Below, in pieces: positions 1 to 13,868 of a stretch of DNA of 64,000 bases. Positions within the stretch are counted from its first letter, which is position 1. Each line of letters begins with the position of its first letter. Both the position numbers and the translations under genes were made by a program. Origin of the DNA: Massalongia carnosa (Eukaryota). A model generated the notes under the pieces. The model had not been told where the DNA came from, did no database searches, and saw only the letters and a program-made list of their open reading frames with translations. The stretch lies in contig OZ287083.1 in the NCBI GenBank assembly GCA_965645245.1, forward strand, positions 372,001 to 436,000, read 5' to 3'.

Positions 1-145
1 TTTTGTGACTCCTTTTGGTCACCCCTTCAACTTTGCCCTTAGACAGATCTTTGATGAAGCCTTTGGTTGAGTGCCGCGACTTGAATGCTTTATGAGATAC
101 CTTGGTTGTGTTTCTATGGTGATGGCTCTCCATCGACGGAGCCAT
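1..145 (-). CDS. TSR1: Pre-rRNA processing / 40S maturation factor Tsr1, 5' end only (runs off the window edge)
   Basis: Not in the ORF track. Manual translation from the ATG at 145 gives MAPSMESHHHRNTTKVSHKAFKSRHSTKGFIKDLSKGKVEG..., which matches the characteristic Tsr1 N-terminus (HxHR..K..HK.FKS.H..KG..K...KGKV). Confidence 0.8.
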   Translation of the reverse strand, partial: MAPSMESHHHRNTTKVSHKAFKSRHSTKGFIKDLSKGKVEGVTKRSHK

Positions 146-470
146 GCTGCTACTAGCTTTGAATCTAAATGGTATGGAAGCCACCTTGTTGTCTTTTTCT
201 CGCGTTTTGACTAAACAATAGGCAAATTGTACAAAGATATTGCGAGATGAGACGAGAAAGCTACTAAAAGAGGAAAATAGAGAGATGAGAAAGATTTTAA
301 GTGTAAAAGTGCGATACAAATTCGCGAAGCGAGGAAACTCTTGGCACGCTAGAGGCACACATGTCGCGCTAAGTAATATGTCAATTCCGTCCACACATTG
401 TGGGAATATATTTTTATCAACAAAAGAAATATATTTTTATCAACAAAAGATACGGTACTGAATTTAGAAA

Positions 471-2162
471 ATGGAAGAAGTGGTTGAGATAGAAACTGAA
501 GTGGGTCAATTAATTGTTCGATCTAGGAATATTTTGGAGAATTCTGGAGCTATAGAGGACAAACGTCGAGCCGCAGAAGCTCATAGTGTATATGGACGAG
601 GGCGCAAGGTCTCCGTACGTGGAGTGAAAGACAAGAAGCTTCGAAGCAATCTCAAAAGCTTAGAGAACAAATACAAAGATGCCACGCTCAAGGCAAAAGA
701 TGCGGAAATCCTTCTTGAAAACGATCATGGGTACTTAGAAGCAGAGGGGCCGCTAGAAAAAACCTACAAGGTCCGTCAAGACGAGCTGAAAAGCGAGCTT
801 GATATCGAGACGTCAAGAAAGGGCTTTGAGCTCAAACTTGAGGCTTTTGGTCCCTATGTCGCAGATTATACCCGAAATGGTCGTGGATTGCTGCTTGCTG
901 GGCGAAAAGGGCATGTATCAACAATGGATTGGAGGGGGGGTGTGCTTGGGTGTGAGCTCCATCTGCGAGAAACCATTCGAGATGCAAAATGGCTACATAA
1001 CGATCAATATTTTGCTGTTGCTCAGAAGAAGTACGTTTACATTTATGACAGTGCAGGCGTTGAACTGCATTGTCTTCAAAAACATATCGAAGTCACAAAT
1101 ATGGAATTTTTGCCGTATCATTTTTTACTCGCGACGATTGTGGGTTTTTGATCGATAACGTTAATGCAAAGGTATTAATGATTGTAGGGTAATGCGGGAT
1201 ATCTGAAATATACTGATACATCTACTGGCCAAATGGTTATCGAAATGCCTACGAAGCAAGGAACTCCTACGTCCTTCGCTCAAAACCCGTACAACGCAAT
1301 AATCCATGCAGGTCACCAAAATGGAACAGTGACCCTATGGTCGCCAAACTCGACGACACCACATGTTAAACTGCTTGCACACCGAGGGCCGGTACGCTCG
1401 ATTGCAATTGATCGGGAAGGGAGGTATATGATTTCAACCGGTCAAGACCTCAAAATGGGAGTTTGGGATGTGCGAATGTTCCGTGAAGTCAACAATTATT
1501 TCCTACGTCAGCCGGGTTCCTCTGTTGCGGTTAGCGATCGTGGATTAGTTTCTGTCGGATGGGGCACCCAGACCTCCATCTGGAAGGGCCTCTTCGATAA
1601 AGCGAAAGAAGACCAACAAAAGGTGCAGGCTCCTTATATGGGATGGGGCGCGGAGGCTAAGCGAGTTGAACGTGTACGATGGTGCCCTTTTGAGGATATA
1701 TTGGGTATTTCCCACGACAAGGGCTTCTCGAGCATGATTGTTCCTGGTGCCGGCGAACCTAATTTCGATGCTCTTGAGCTCAATCCTTATGAAAACACGA
1801 AGCAGCGTCAAGAAGGCGAGGTTCGAGCTTTGTTGAACAAGCTCCAACCCGAGATGATATCTTTGAACCCTGATTATATTGGCAACCTTGATTTGGCATC
1901 GGCGGAAACCCGGAAGAAGGAAGCGGACTTGGACAGGAAGCCCGAGGATCCGCTGCTGACACTGAAAAATAGAGGAAGAGGCAAGAATAGTACCTTACGG
2001 AAGTATTTGAGAAAGAAGGGGAAGAAGAATATCATCGATGAGCAACGGTTGAAGGTCGAAGCGTTGCGGGCGAGCCAAAACAAGAAGGCGAGAACTCAGC
2101 TGAAAAAGCATGAAGAGGAGCTTGGGCCAGCTCTGGCAAGATTTTCTCGGAAAGGAGCTTGA
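471..2162 (+). CDS. UTP7: U3 snoRNP/SSU processome WD40 protein Utp7 (BING4CT domain)
   Basis: ORFs 471-1151 and 1233-2162 are joined by GT-AG intron 1140-1187 (..LLATI|GNAGYLKYTDTSTGQ..). Motifs LEFLPYHFLL-like, IVPGAGEPNFDALE.NPYE and EVRALL.KLQP are typical of Utp7. Confidence 0.93.
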
Positions 2163-3346
2163 GATAGCATAGCATCTTGATAAACCGTGCGAACTTCGCT
2201 ATTCTCTGGTGGAAGATGAGGAATATGTACTTGATGATGTAAGTGGATTCGAGATATCACACTATCTAATGCTTATAGTTTAGTAGCTTTTTGATAATCC
2301 AGTAGCCCAAAGTGTCTAGAATTCTGGCTCCTCGAATGGTCCACTCAAAAACAGGCAACGAACTCTGCCCAAGCCAGCCACGAATCTACCTTCAGCATCT
2401 CCCAAACTGGGAAAACCCCACAGATCACGGCCATCATGAAACATCCACAGATCCAACAATGAGAATCCCACCCGTGGCTTTACCCTCGAGTAAGGAACTT
2501 GCCAGACGACCCTGAGCATACCACAAGGAGATGTGAGGTTTCTACTGAGATTAGGCACAGTAGCTGCCTAGCATCCTTGTGCCACAATCGACCTTTTTGT
2601 ACAAGGAGACCACGAGAGCGAAAGACCCGTCAATTCCCTGAAGTCCACCAGTACTGAAATAAGCTTTTTTTTTTTAGAAAAAAAACTTTTCCCCCGGTTT
2701 GTTTCCATCAAGGCCTATCCTCTGTAGAGAGACAGCCAAACTCCCTAGTTACTTAGTAATATATAAAATAAGCCAAAAGAACTGAAGTGGCTGAGACTGT
2801 AAAAGAGGAGAAGTTTCTCCATCCAAAAGAACCCCCCTTTACATATATCTCCAGCTGCACCACATAAATAAAACCCCTATTCCGATCAAGTCCAACCGCC
2901 ATTCCCCCTCCAAAAAAAATCTCCAATATAGCCTAACCCACCTACCCCTCGCCCAGGATGAATATCTTCAATCCTATCCCATCCTATCCCATCCGCTCCA
3001 CCCCGAAAAAAAAACGGACCAAACCAAACCAAACTGAATCAAACCGAATCACGACATCTATTATCTTATTAGCTAGTTAGTTGGTTAGTTGGCTTCGTGC
3101 GTGAGTCGGGAAGGAAACTCGGTTGATTTACGGAAAGAGAAATGAGGATGGGGATGGAATGGGGTAACTTTTGTGGGCTGTAAATAAGTAGATAAATAGA
3201 TAGGTAGCGGCAAGAGGTTATATCATAGAGGGAAGAGGGTTTAGATGAATGACCAGATTAACCGATTTATCTATATTTTTACCTTACTAGAAACGCCCGC
3301 ATACATTACATCCACCCCCCATCCCTTTTTTCTCCCCTTCTTTCTA

Positions 3347-4144
3347 TTATCCCCCCCTTCCCCCTCCCCACCCGCCCATCACCCCCACCCCCCCAACCAC
3401 TCCCACCACCCCCCCGCCTCCCCCTCCCCCACCAACCGGCCTCTTCCTCACCACGCCCCCCTCCCTCACGCCCTCCACCACCCTCTCCACGCCGGTCTCG
3501 ACAACGACGCCGCCCACGACCATTTCCGCCAGCACGGCGTGCATGGCCTCGAAGTTGAAGATCAGGTCCAGCTCGCACACGTTCTCGAACAGCCGGTCCA
3601 GGGCCTCGACCAGCACCTGGATCAAGTCGAGCAGCGCGAGGGGGGACTCGGTGGCGGTGCTGATCAGGATGAAGTAGAGCGTGGCGTAGTGCCGGTAGGT
3701 GATTTGCGTGGGGGTGTCGGTTGCTATTGCGTGGGAGGCGGTGGTAGTGGTGAGGTTGGGTGAGGAGGAGGAGGAGGAGGGGGGAGGGCGGAGGAGGGGG
3801 GGGAGGCTGTTATGTTGCGTCGGGAGGAGTTTTTAGTGGATTTTTGGGGGGGGGGGGAAGATGGAGAGAGGGTTTACGGGAGGAAGTTGCAGGCGGACGA
3901 GGGGCGGTGGGAGACGAGGGTGAAGATCTCGGAAATGAGCCGTTGTTGTACGCTGGTGTCCTTTTGTTTTATGTATATGGGGGGGGGATCCGTTAGTTGG
4001 GGGATTTTAGTTAGGGAGGGATTGGGCGAAACGGGACGGGGGGATAACTAAGGGAGAAAGGGGGGAGGGCTCAACTAGCTGGGTGTAGAATTTCGTAAGG
4101 CGCGGTTGACCGGCGTTGTTGAAGACGAGGACCGCATTGATCAT
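3347..4144 (-). CDS. APS3: AP-3 adaptor complex sigma subunit
   Basis: Three exons (4144-4076, 3960-3878, 3806-3347) splice in frame: MINAVLVFNNAGQPRLTKFYTQL|DTSVQQRLISEIFTLVSHRPSSACNFLP|...ITYRHYATLYFILIS...LLDLIQVLVEALDRLFENVCELDLIFNFE. Confidence 0.9.
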
Positions 4145-4978
4145 TGTTTTTGTCGCTCTTGAAGCGGAAGAGGGGGTGTTGGGGCGTACTCGTTGGGTTT
4201 TTGGGCGGAAGTGGGAAAGTGGAAGCGGTTAACTATGTAGGTGTATGTAGGTGGGGGTTTGGGGTTTGAGAAATGTGTGTGTGTGTGTGTGTAGGAACTT
4301 GCTACGGGGTGTTTAACATAGGTATGTATGTATTCATCAATGAACCGTGAACACCAAGAGCGAAAGCCATTCCATTCGATGAGCGGAAAGATGTTGAATT
4401 TGGTAGGTAAATAATGCTCTATGTCAAGTCGCCAACATGCAGGGAAAACAGTCAATAGCTATTTCGCTCTCGGTGTATGAGCGCCCATTCCCTCCGTTCG
4501 ATCATAGTGATATCCCTTCGAAGAAGAACCGATTGGCTCTCCGTGACTTCTTCCATCCTGGTAGGGCGAAGGGCTGCTACATGCTCAAGCGCGCTGTAGC
4601 CTTCTTCCTCATCCCACTCATAGCGTTATTCTAGAGCCTACATCCATCCCCTTTCTTCGTGCCATCAATGGGATTCCTAGACCTCGTCGTAGAGCGGGAA
4701 ACACCACGCTTCCTTTCAACCATTTGCGTAAGTCCATCGACACAGGCTGGTTTGGTTCGAAGCCATCAAATCACTTATCAACGAGCGTGCTAGGCGCCTG
4801 TATGGTTGGTTGCAACGTCAAAGGTCCTTCGTCTCACTGACCGTGTGCTCTGTTCCCTACCGCTCCATTCCTTTTTAACGTTCAAGTATGTAACTCCACA
4901 TCAACCTTCAGCGGATTCTTTGCGCCTCCAAGAATAGGCATTACCCAACTTGCGATCTATACACCATGTGAATAGGAT

Positions 4979-5329
4979 TCATGCCGCAACCTTGATTGAT
5001 CCAGTCAGCGCAGACTGGCTTTCGTCCGTTTCAGGGGGAAGGTCATCCTGTCAATAGAAAAGCGAGTTAGTTTCAGCGTTTGCCCAAGTGATGCAACAGG
5101 CTCTTCCCAGTCAAAACACTTCAACCAAAAGGCCTTATTTCCCCCTTACCAGATCAAAGATAACGCGAATCGTCAGACTACAACTAGGACAAATAGCCAC
5201 CTCTTCCCCGTCCCGCATGTCGCTAAGGCAGATCTCGAACTGGTCGCCGCATGGACAGGGGTAGGTGTAGAGGAGCAGGGAAGGGTGGTAGGTGAGATCC
5301 TCGAGTTCAATTTCGTCATAGAAAGACAT
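4979..5329 (-). CDS. DPH3: Diphthamide biosynthesis protein 3 (CSL zinc finger, Dph3/Kti11)
   Basis: [11 protein letters not shown]...YPCPCGDQF...[13 protein letters not shown]; intron 5149-5048 (GTAAGG..CAG); short exon 2 ends with TGA at 4979. Confidence 0.93.
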
Positions 5330-5841
5330 TTTCTCCGTCCTGACGGTTTTGCAGGAAGGCTCGGAGGGTATCGTTTGGGGGCGAGGATAATGAAGGTGAA
5401 AGTTTTCGTAAAGGAAGCTTTTCTTAATGTGGCGGATATAACGAACTTTGTAGGAAATCTTTGATATCTATCCCCGAGCTTGGACAGTCACAACATCACG
5501 ATTTGTATCGATCTAGTATGCAAGAGGAAAAATAACAAAATGCAATCTACAATTGAATTAAATACTATATAAATGACCGGAACTATCGCATTGGTTATTG
5601 TGAGCAGTATACGTTTCTTTTCTCTCATTCTACAAACATGTTTCGTTGTCTCCCAAAAAGAGTTAAATCAAGGTATACCTAACCAAATGCCCTACAATAA
5701 TGACCCGCAAATCCTCATGGATAAACCTCACACATCGTCCTTCCCCCCAGCCTCGCCCTATCATCGCAACGCACAAAACGGCCCTCACACTCAGTCCCCC
5801 TGTACGGTGAAGTGAGATTTCTTTCAAGGTCAAGACCCAAC

Positions 5842-7635
5842 TCAGGCCTTAGCCTTAAGATTGACGTACAAAGGCAGCCTCTCGTGTAGCAGCCATACCT
5901 TCTGATCCGACCAGTCTTCCACGTTTCCCTCGGCCAGCTCGAGATCGAAGCTCCAAATCATCTTTGACATGATCAATTTCATTTCAGCCCACGCCAAGCT
6001 ACATCAGGTCAGCCAATGTCCTTTCTACCAGTCTTACTGGCAATGAGAGAAGAAAATAATATAAATCGACTTACCCCTTGCCTAGGCAGTTCCGGGGACC
6101 TACAGAGAAAGGCTCGTACATATCTTTGCGGTCGGCATTGAATTTTGGATCGGCGTCCTGGAGCCAACGCTCAGGAAGATAAGAACAGGGCTCGACGAAG
6201 TTTTGAGGTAGGCGATAAGCGATTTTCTGTGGGATACCCACACGCACCTGAAGGAATTTAGTCAGTGTCCGAGTCTCGATAAGGGGAAATTTCTTGCTGA
6301 CCCCGACTGGCATCAGATGGCCACAGACTACGGCATCTGGGCGATCCACTTCACGGGGCACAGAGAGGGGTGCCGGTGGATGTAGACGAAGTGCTTCTTG
6401 AATGACGGCATGCAAGTACGGCAACTTGGCAGTCGAGGCAAGGGTGATTTCTGCCATTGAAGTGAAAGACCCTCTAATTTCTTCTTGGAGTCGCTTCATT
6501 GCTGAAGGATTCTTTAGTAAGAACCATGTTGATGAGCAAGAGGTTGAAGCAGATGTTTCACTCCCGGCAAGGATAAGAAAGGCCCCGGTGGAATCGATTT
6601 CTTCCCTGGTGATTCCCTTTTCATGGTTGTTTTCAAGGATATATGTCATAAAATCCTTCCGAGTCGTTTCTTGGTTTATGCGTTTCTCGATCCTTTGGCG
6701 CGAGAATTCAGCATGGTCTCGCGCCATGCGTGCTAATGAACTTGGCAAGCACTTCTTGACCAAAGGCAGTAGATTATTGGCAAAATGATCAAAAATAGTC
6801 ATCAACATGCCGATCTTGACACCCGGAAAAATAGCCTTGACCCATGGGTGGTGTTCCGAGGTTTCCAGGGAATGAAAGGACTCTCCGAAGCCTAGGTCTC
6901 CTATAGTGTCAAAGGTGGTAAAGCTATACCATTCGCCAATATCTACTTTAGCAGAGCCTTTCCCTGCATCGACGAGGTCCTGAAGACGGCCAACGAGGAG
7001 GTCGGTATAGCTCTGGATCAAAGGTTCTTGCTCCTTCAGCGCTCGGTCAGAGAAAGCATGGCTAAGTATCTTCCTCATTCTATTGTGATCGCCCATGTTG
7101 CTAGTGGTGGCAAAGGTAGGAACATTGTTCGCTGATTGAAGCATCCTCCTCGTGGGCTTGAGAAGGGGAGGACGACTAATATAGATATCATGCCAAGCCT
7201 CAGGTTCGACGAATGAGAGCTCGCTTGGGTGTATGCGAACCACCCCGCCGTACTTTTCATGAAGAGATTGAATCCAATGAACCTGACGACCATTTATAAG
7301 GCGATAGATAAAAGGCAAAGGGGTTGCCGCAGCAGTGATGGGCCCAGGGTAATTAGAAAGGGGGTGGAAGTAAATGTTATGTATAGCCGTACCGACAACC
7401 TTGACGAGGATGGCCAAGAATGGCTGAGTTAATCAGCATGGAAATCATCGACTAAGATAGTCTGTGTTCTGCCCCGTAGAATACCGAAAGGTTCTCCATA
7501 CCAGGATCTCAGAACAGCTTAAGTTCTGGAGATGAAGGGCGAAAATAGTAAAGCAATAAAACCCACCAATATCATGCCCCAGTAAACCAACCCAGACATG
7601 TTCTCCGCCATTTCCCCGAGCCTAACGTTATTCAT
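5842..7635 (-). CDS. Cytochrome P450 monooxygenase (CYP65/Tri11-like clan)
   Basis: FHPLSNYPGP N-terminal motif, I-helix AGSETSA, EALR (ExxR), PERW and heme motif PFSVGPRNCLG. Introns are about 7566-7424, 6301-6248 and one starting at 6074. The subfamily call is from memory of family motifs. Confidence 0.9.
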
Positions 7636-8011
7636 CTTGTCACTTCCTTGTCGACCTTCAACATTCAAAAGTCGAAAGCATCCAGCAGCGAGAAAATTGT
7701 AGCGCTGTAGGTCCTATTCCCTTAGAGTTGTACTAGGGGTTTCAAAATCCTTTTATCGACACAATGACGTCGTAGAAATCTACGAATCCTTTAAATTGGC
7801 CCACACGAACTTTATCGGAGATGGAAAAGCTAGATGTGTGTAGGTTAAAAGGCATAAGCCAACGAAAGACCATGCGACAGCGCGATTTATGCATGTTAGA
7901 TCCCACCTTCCAAAACATCGCTACCCCGCACCTCTTGTTCGCTGCGCCTAAAGTATCCAGGCTTGAGAATAGATAGCCTTTTCTCCAGCGTTCCTGATCG
8001 AGTTTCATGTA

Positions 8012-8467
8012 TTAGACTTCCCCGACTGGCTCCGGTCTGGAGGAAAACAAAATTTTGTGGTAGACGACCTCCACAATCTCCAGCTCCTCGCCTCCTCCGT
8101 TCGCGTATCCCGGAGCTTCCGTAGCCGCTCGTCTCCGAATGACTGCTAGAGGTTTCGCCAGCTTCTTGACCTCTCCCGTCAATCGTTGATGGCGCCCGAC
8201 GTAAAAATACACAGTTTTCATCCATTCGCTGGGCGCCTTGGTTTCGGAGTAATGAGGGAATTCGAGACGGCCGATGGGAGTGGCTGCGTCGCTTGTTGAT
8301 GCTGATAATCCTGAAGACAGGTCTTTGGGAGGGAGTGGGGGCGTGTTGATGGTGCCCTGGATTTCCAGAATTGCAAGGCCAGACGGAGTTTGGAGGAGGG
8401 TAGGAAGAGGGTTTGAGAAGAAGTCGTTGCGGTTTGAGGACTGCAGGTGAAGAGGTACAGAAGGCAT
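8012..8467 (-). CDS. CTF8: Chromosome transmission fidelity protein 8 (Ctf18-RFC subunit)
   Basis: PLPTLLQTPSGLAILEIQGTI...IGRLEF...YFYVGRHQRLTGEVKKLAKPLAVIRR...KILFSSRPEPV is typical of fungal Ctf8. Confidence 0.88.
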   Translation of the reverse strand: MPSVPLHLQSSNRNDFFSNPLPTLLQTPSGLAILEIQGTINTPPLPPKDLSSGLSASTSDAATPIGRLEFPHYSETKAPSEWMKTVYFYVGRHQRLTGEVKKLAKPLAVIRRRAATEAPGYANGGGEELEIVEVVYHKILFSSRPEPVGEV

Positions 8468-10190
8468 GGGTTTGCCTCAAAGTTTGCAAAATTTTCCAAG
8501 ATTTAAGATTGTGTAACTTTTGATGTGAGATGAAAATATATTTCTTTCTGGTTCAGCGGATTTAAACACTCAGCCTTACAAGTGGTTAACAAAGAATGGC
8601 TGCGTTAGGCCCAGCCGCGGCGTGTTCCTCTCTTCTAAGCACTTTATTATTACTACAACCCATTTATCCTAGAGCGAATGCTCCATATCGGGAAGCAGAG
8701 CACCATTCATGATTACTAGAGACAGGCAATCTGCGCTAAATTAGAAAACCTGTCCTCTTTACCAAGCCTCTCTGCCAAGCCTAGCTGTCCAAATCTCCCC
8801 ACCACGAAGAAAATGCAAGCCTAACTCCCCATGAGCGGTGATTCGATGCTATAAAAAGCCTTCGCGCCTACTCCTTTCGCTGTTATAGGAAAACCTCAAG
8901 GAATGCAAAGAACGAACAATGGCAGACAGTAGATCCTTCGCAAAATGAGTACGAACAATCACCGCAACCTCTCCGAATTCCTCAAAAGCCAAAATCTTTG
9001 GACATCTTAGTTGATGGAAATAGACATGTTACTACGGTTCTCATTAGCCACACATCAGCTATATCAGCAACAAAACCAGGTCTGGTGTGTCTCAACCCTG
9101 AGTCCACGTTTGAATGCCGTCTTCACTCAATTATCGACACGTAAAGAGCACGGTTTTTGCTTCTTTCTGGAATTTTCGCCGTGTAGTGTAGTTGTTGTAG
9201 CAGCCCGCATGGGCCCGTCTCCCACTAGTTTCGTATTGGAAGAATGATTTTTATCATCATTATCAATAGTAAGCCTTTATGTGTTGGTTTGTAACAAGTC
9301 TTTCTAATTTTCTTGTATCGGCGGTCATGTCAAAAATTGAGCAACCAACTCGTGATGTTACCCATGAGATGATGTTTCTCCGAAGTTCGCAATAGACTTA
9401 GTGTAATGGTGCGGAAATTCTCTTCAATATCCATAACCAACCTTGATAGCGAGAATATGACAAATGTGCACCTTTGACAGTTTATAATGATTTAAAACCT
9501 GCTTGTATCGCGCTAAAGAGGTCATCACGATCAGCACTACACATCAAAGGAGATGCTATCAAACCGAGAGATTATCGACGTGTCTTTCAAGATACGCTTG
9601 ATTGTTCGTCAATGCGTCATCATGAAGTGTGAATGACCGGTTCCTGGCCATAGATGAATAGCAGAGTTTTTATTACCAAGCTGGACTGTGAATAGAGTGC
9701 TATTCACGGGCAGGAGGGCCATCTGTTATTGTCAGTTCTCACTCCGTCTCCTTAAATAAATCCAACCCCTTCAGTTCTACCCATCGGAACTTGTTTTCTT
9801 TCAAGGCGTCGTTTTTCCGGTCAACTCAACCGTGCTAAGGCCAAACGACACTATCATAGTGTTGCTCATAAATTTCGTAGGAGTGGTCCCACATCAAAAA
9901 CTTGTTGTTTGAACATTAGCATCAAAAGCCCATGAGAAGGATGACTTAAGTAGGTCGTCTTTTACCATGAGAAACAACTTTCGAACCTAATAATTGCTTC
10001 ATCCACAGGCCTGCTATTTGCTTGCATTAATCCTTTTAGGCGGATGAGACATCCGATCGAGGTAGACTCTAAATGCATTGTTTGGTTGTGCCAAACTGAC
10101 ACTAAAAAAGGTCGAACACCAAAGCATTAAGATTCAGAATAAAGCATCTCAAATACGGATACGCTGGCAAACTTGCAGACTCAATTGTCA

Positions 10191-10799
10191 ATGTCACACA
10201 CAAACTCGAAAACATGGGTGGCGCCAAAAATGGCGGAACAAGAAAAGTTTGCGATTGTTCTGGATAACCTTACGAGAATGGAGTTCATTCCCCGCTCACC
10301 CTTCGTTCCTAGGACTATGGGTGAATGGTTAGCTCATCGTGTCGCTTTCGCCGAGGATGTGAGGAAAGAAGAGGCCGCGAAGTTAGCCAACATGCAAGCA
10401 AAAAGCGGATCAAGCTTTAGTTCGGGGCGAGTACGCATCGGCCCTGCATTTGGTGGAAAACAGTTTCGGGATAACCGTAGCCCCGTCCTGGCTTTGCAGA
10501 CAATATGGACCCCATGGTACGAGCCAACCGAGCAATATCCACAAGCTCCATGGCCCTCGGCAGAGGAAATGAAGGAAGAAGGGGATGAGCGCAACACATC
10601 AGGTTTCGGGAGATTCCCTGCGTTACCTAGGGTACCAGGGAACGAGACGGTCGTATGGAAGCAGAAGAATGTAATCACGCCATATCCATTTGACAAAGTT
10701 TGGGAATTGCCAAAGCTAGAGAAAGAGAAGCCAACGTACGACGAAGGCTATATGGAAGAAATAATTGGCAAAGATCTTCTTGAAAAGCTTGATGCTTGA
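10191..10799 (+). CDS. Hypothetical fungal protein (about 200 aa)
   Basis: Open frame with protein-like composition (WPSAEEMKEEGDERNTSGFGRFPALPRVPGNETV). First ATG is at 10191, with an in-frame stop upstream. Function not recognised. Confidence 0.7.
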   Translation: MSHTNSKTWVAPKMAEQEKFAIVLDNLTRMEFIPRSPFVPRTMGEWLAHRVAFAEDVRKEEAAKLANMQAKSGSSFSSGRVRIGPAFGGKQFRDNRSPVLALQTIWTPWYEPTEQYPQAPWPSAEEMKEEGDERNTSGFGRFPALPRVPGNETVVWKQKNVITPYPFDKVWELPKLEKEKPTYDEGYMEEIIGKDLLEKLDA

Positions 10800-12569
10800 C
10801 TTTATCGCAAGAAAGCAGATAGGATACTCATGTGGTAAGAGAAGGAACTCTTCTAGGATGCGGAAAGGCAAGGGGCTGAGCCTCTTAACCATAATAGATT
10901 TCGGTGTAACATTATTAACACGGGCGCTTGAGCCCGAGGAAACCTTTGAGGCTTCGCCTATCTTTTTCACCTTTTCCATAATCCGGCGAGGTCTGAGTTG
11001 CTGCCTTATGACTCTCGGGCAAGATGCATTTATTTCACTGTTACGTTTTGTTAGTTAACTTCCATAGACAGATATCACTCTAGATTGCGTTGATTCAATC
11101 TACGATGTGCATTGAATCATCGATATCAGTGTGGATGATGACTGCAGAATAGATACCTAACTTAGAGAAATGCGCTTATGAGGACGTGATCCAAACCTTA
11201 CTCCTAGACGAGGCCGGCCGAGTTGTTCATCGGGTATATTCTCGTTGTGCCAAATCCTCCTAGTCTGCTAAGCTCATCGCATCGAATATCTGTAAATTTT
11301 TCCAAGAAGCAGCGAACTAGCTTGCATCCAAGATCATCGTGCTTCTTATATGTTGCTTTTACTTTTCTTTTGCTCTTCTTTTGCTTGAAAATTTTAGTTT
11401 AGCTTATAAGTCGAGAATATAGGCTGTTTAGAATGCTTTGAGTTGAGCATTCAAACTTAAGAGAAGCTCGATTTGCCGATGGAAAAAGAGCCAAGCATCA
11501 GGTATTAGAAAGGATCATTGTCAGTTGATATCAAAGACAGAGCGAGATACAACAGGTTCGAAATACATCGTTTATTTGAACCCAAGAATCCCTCAAGTTT
11601 CGCTTCTCTTTGCTATGGAGCGTATGATGTAGGAATATGATCCATTGGATCAATTCAACGGTAGCAGATAATAGAGCTCACCGTTTCCTCGATCTGACTA
11701 GAGCAGAAATTGCAGGAGCCTCAAAAAGCTTAGGAGCCCAATGCAAGGGCCAGTATTTGACCAGGCTGGTCTAGTATATGGCACTCCATCGATGCATGGG
11801 TCCACCAAAAACCAATCAATGTGAGTAGGGTAGAGTGTCTTGTGTGGAGTCCTGCTGCAGCACAGCATAAGATGACGCTGTGTTGACTTACAGGCTTCTC
11901 TACCAGACTAACTTCCAGGTCATTGTGTTGTGTCTGACTAGTGCATGAAGGTTCGCATGATGATGCACGGTGGTATCCGCGGTGTCGTGGGCCTTTCACC
12001 TAGTTAAGTCGCTGATTAGACGCAAGAAGTACCGAGGTTCCAAATTCTATCTTATCTAACCTTGCATTGTTTGTATCAGAAAGAGTAAAGAGCGACATTC
12101 GAGAATGCTGAGCTCTACTATGTAGACGAATCACCAAAAAGTCTTCCTGTCTCGGCTGGAGGCTCCACTTTATGTGAGTACAAAGGAAGGAGGTTCAACT
12201 AAGGTTTGAAGGTTTGATGCGGGAACTGCGCCATACCTACATTATGTCTATGGTTTTGTTGGCACCGGACTTTACCGCAAATACCCGAGCGTCCTTTGGT
12301 GCTTGGTGCCATTGGCCTATAAAACTTCCGATTTGAAGGCTTTCCGTGATTGTCGTCCTTTCACCAGCAGGTAACCAAGGTAAGAGTGAATGAAAAAGCA
12401 GCTCATTCGATTTTCTCATCGTGTCAAATCATAGCCTACACATCTTTTCTGTTATCAAAGCCTGACCCGAGTCCGCCAGTCTCAGCAAAAAAAGCCTGCC
12501 ATTTCGCCCAGCCTCTACCATCAATCTCCACCTTGAAAAGACCTATTTTGATCTGAGTCTCTATTCATT

Positions 12570-13868
<1,299 letters not shown>

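Noticed and set aside
367..373. CGCTAAG shared by the UTP7 and RPS8 promoters
   Set aside because: It also occurs inside DPH3 coding sequence and near 29828; a 7-mer at this frequency is compatible with chance.
2200..2660. Complex unique sequence downstream of UTP7, considered as a possible ncRNA
   Set aside because: No snRNA, snoRNA box, RNase P/MRP or telomerase-template motif was recognisable; an Infernal/Rfam scan would be needed.
3245..4051. His/Pro- and Gly-rich plus-strand ORFs, and similar antisense ORFs over LeuRS, DOCK, PHO91 and the protease tail
   Set aside because: These are shadow frames of GC-rich real genes on the opposite strand.
4452..4740. Protein-like minus-strand stretch (YEWDEEEGYSALEH...ERNSY*) and a small hairpin near 4568-4604
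   Set aside because: No convincing start or splice structure and no match to a known ncRNA motif; may simply be DPH3 3'-UTR.
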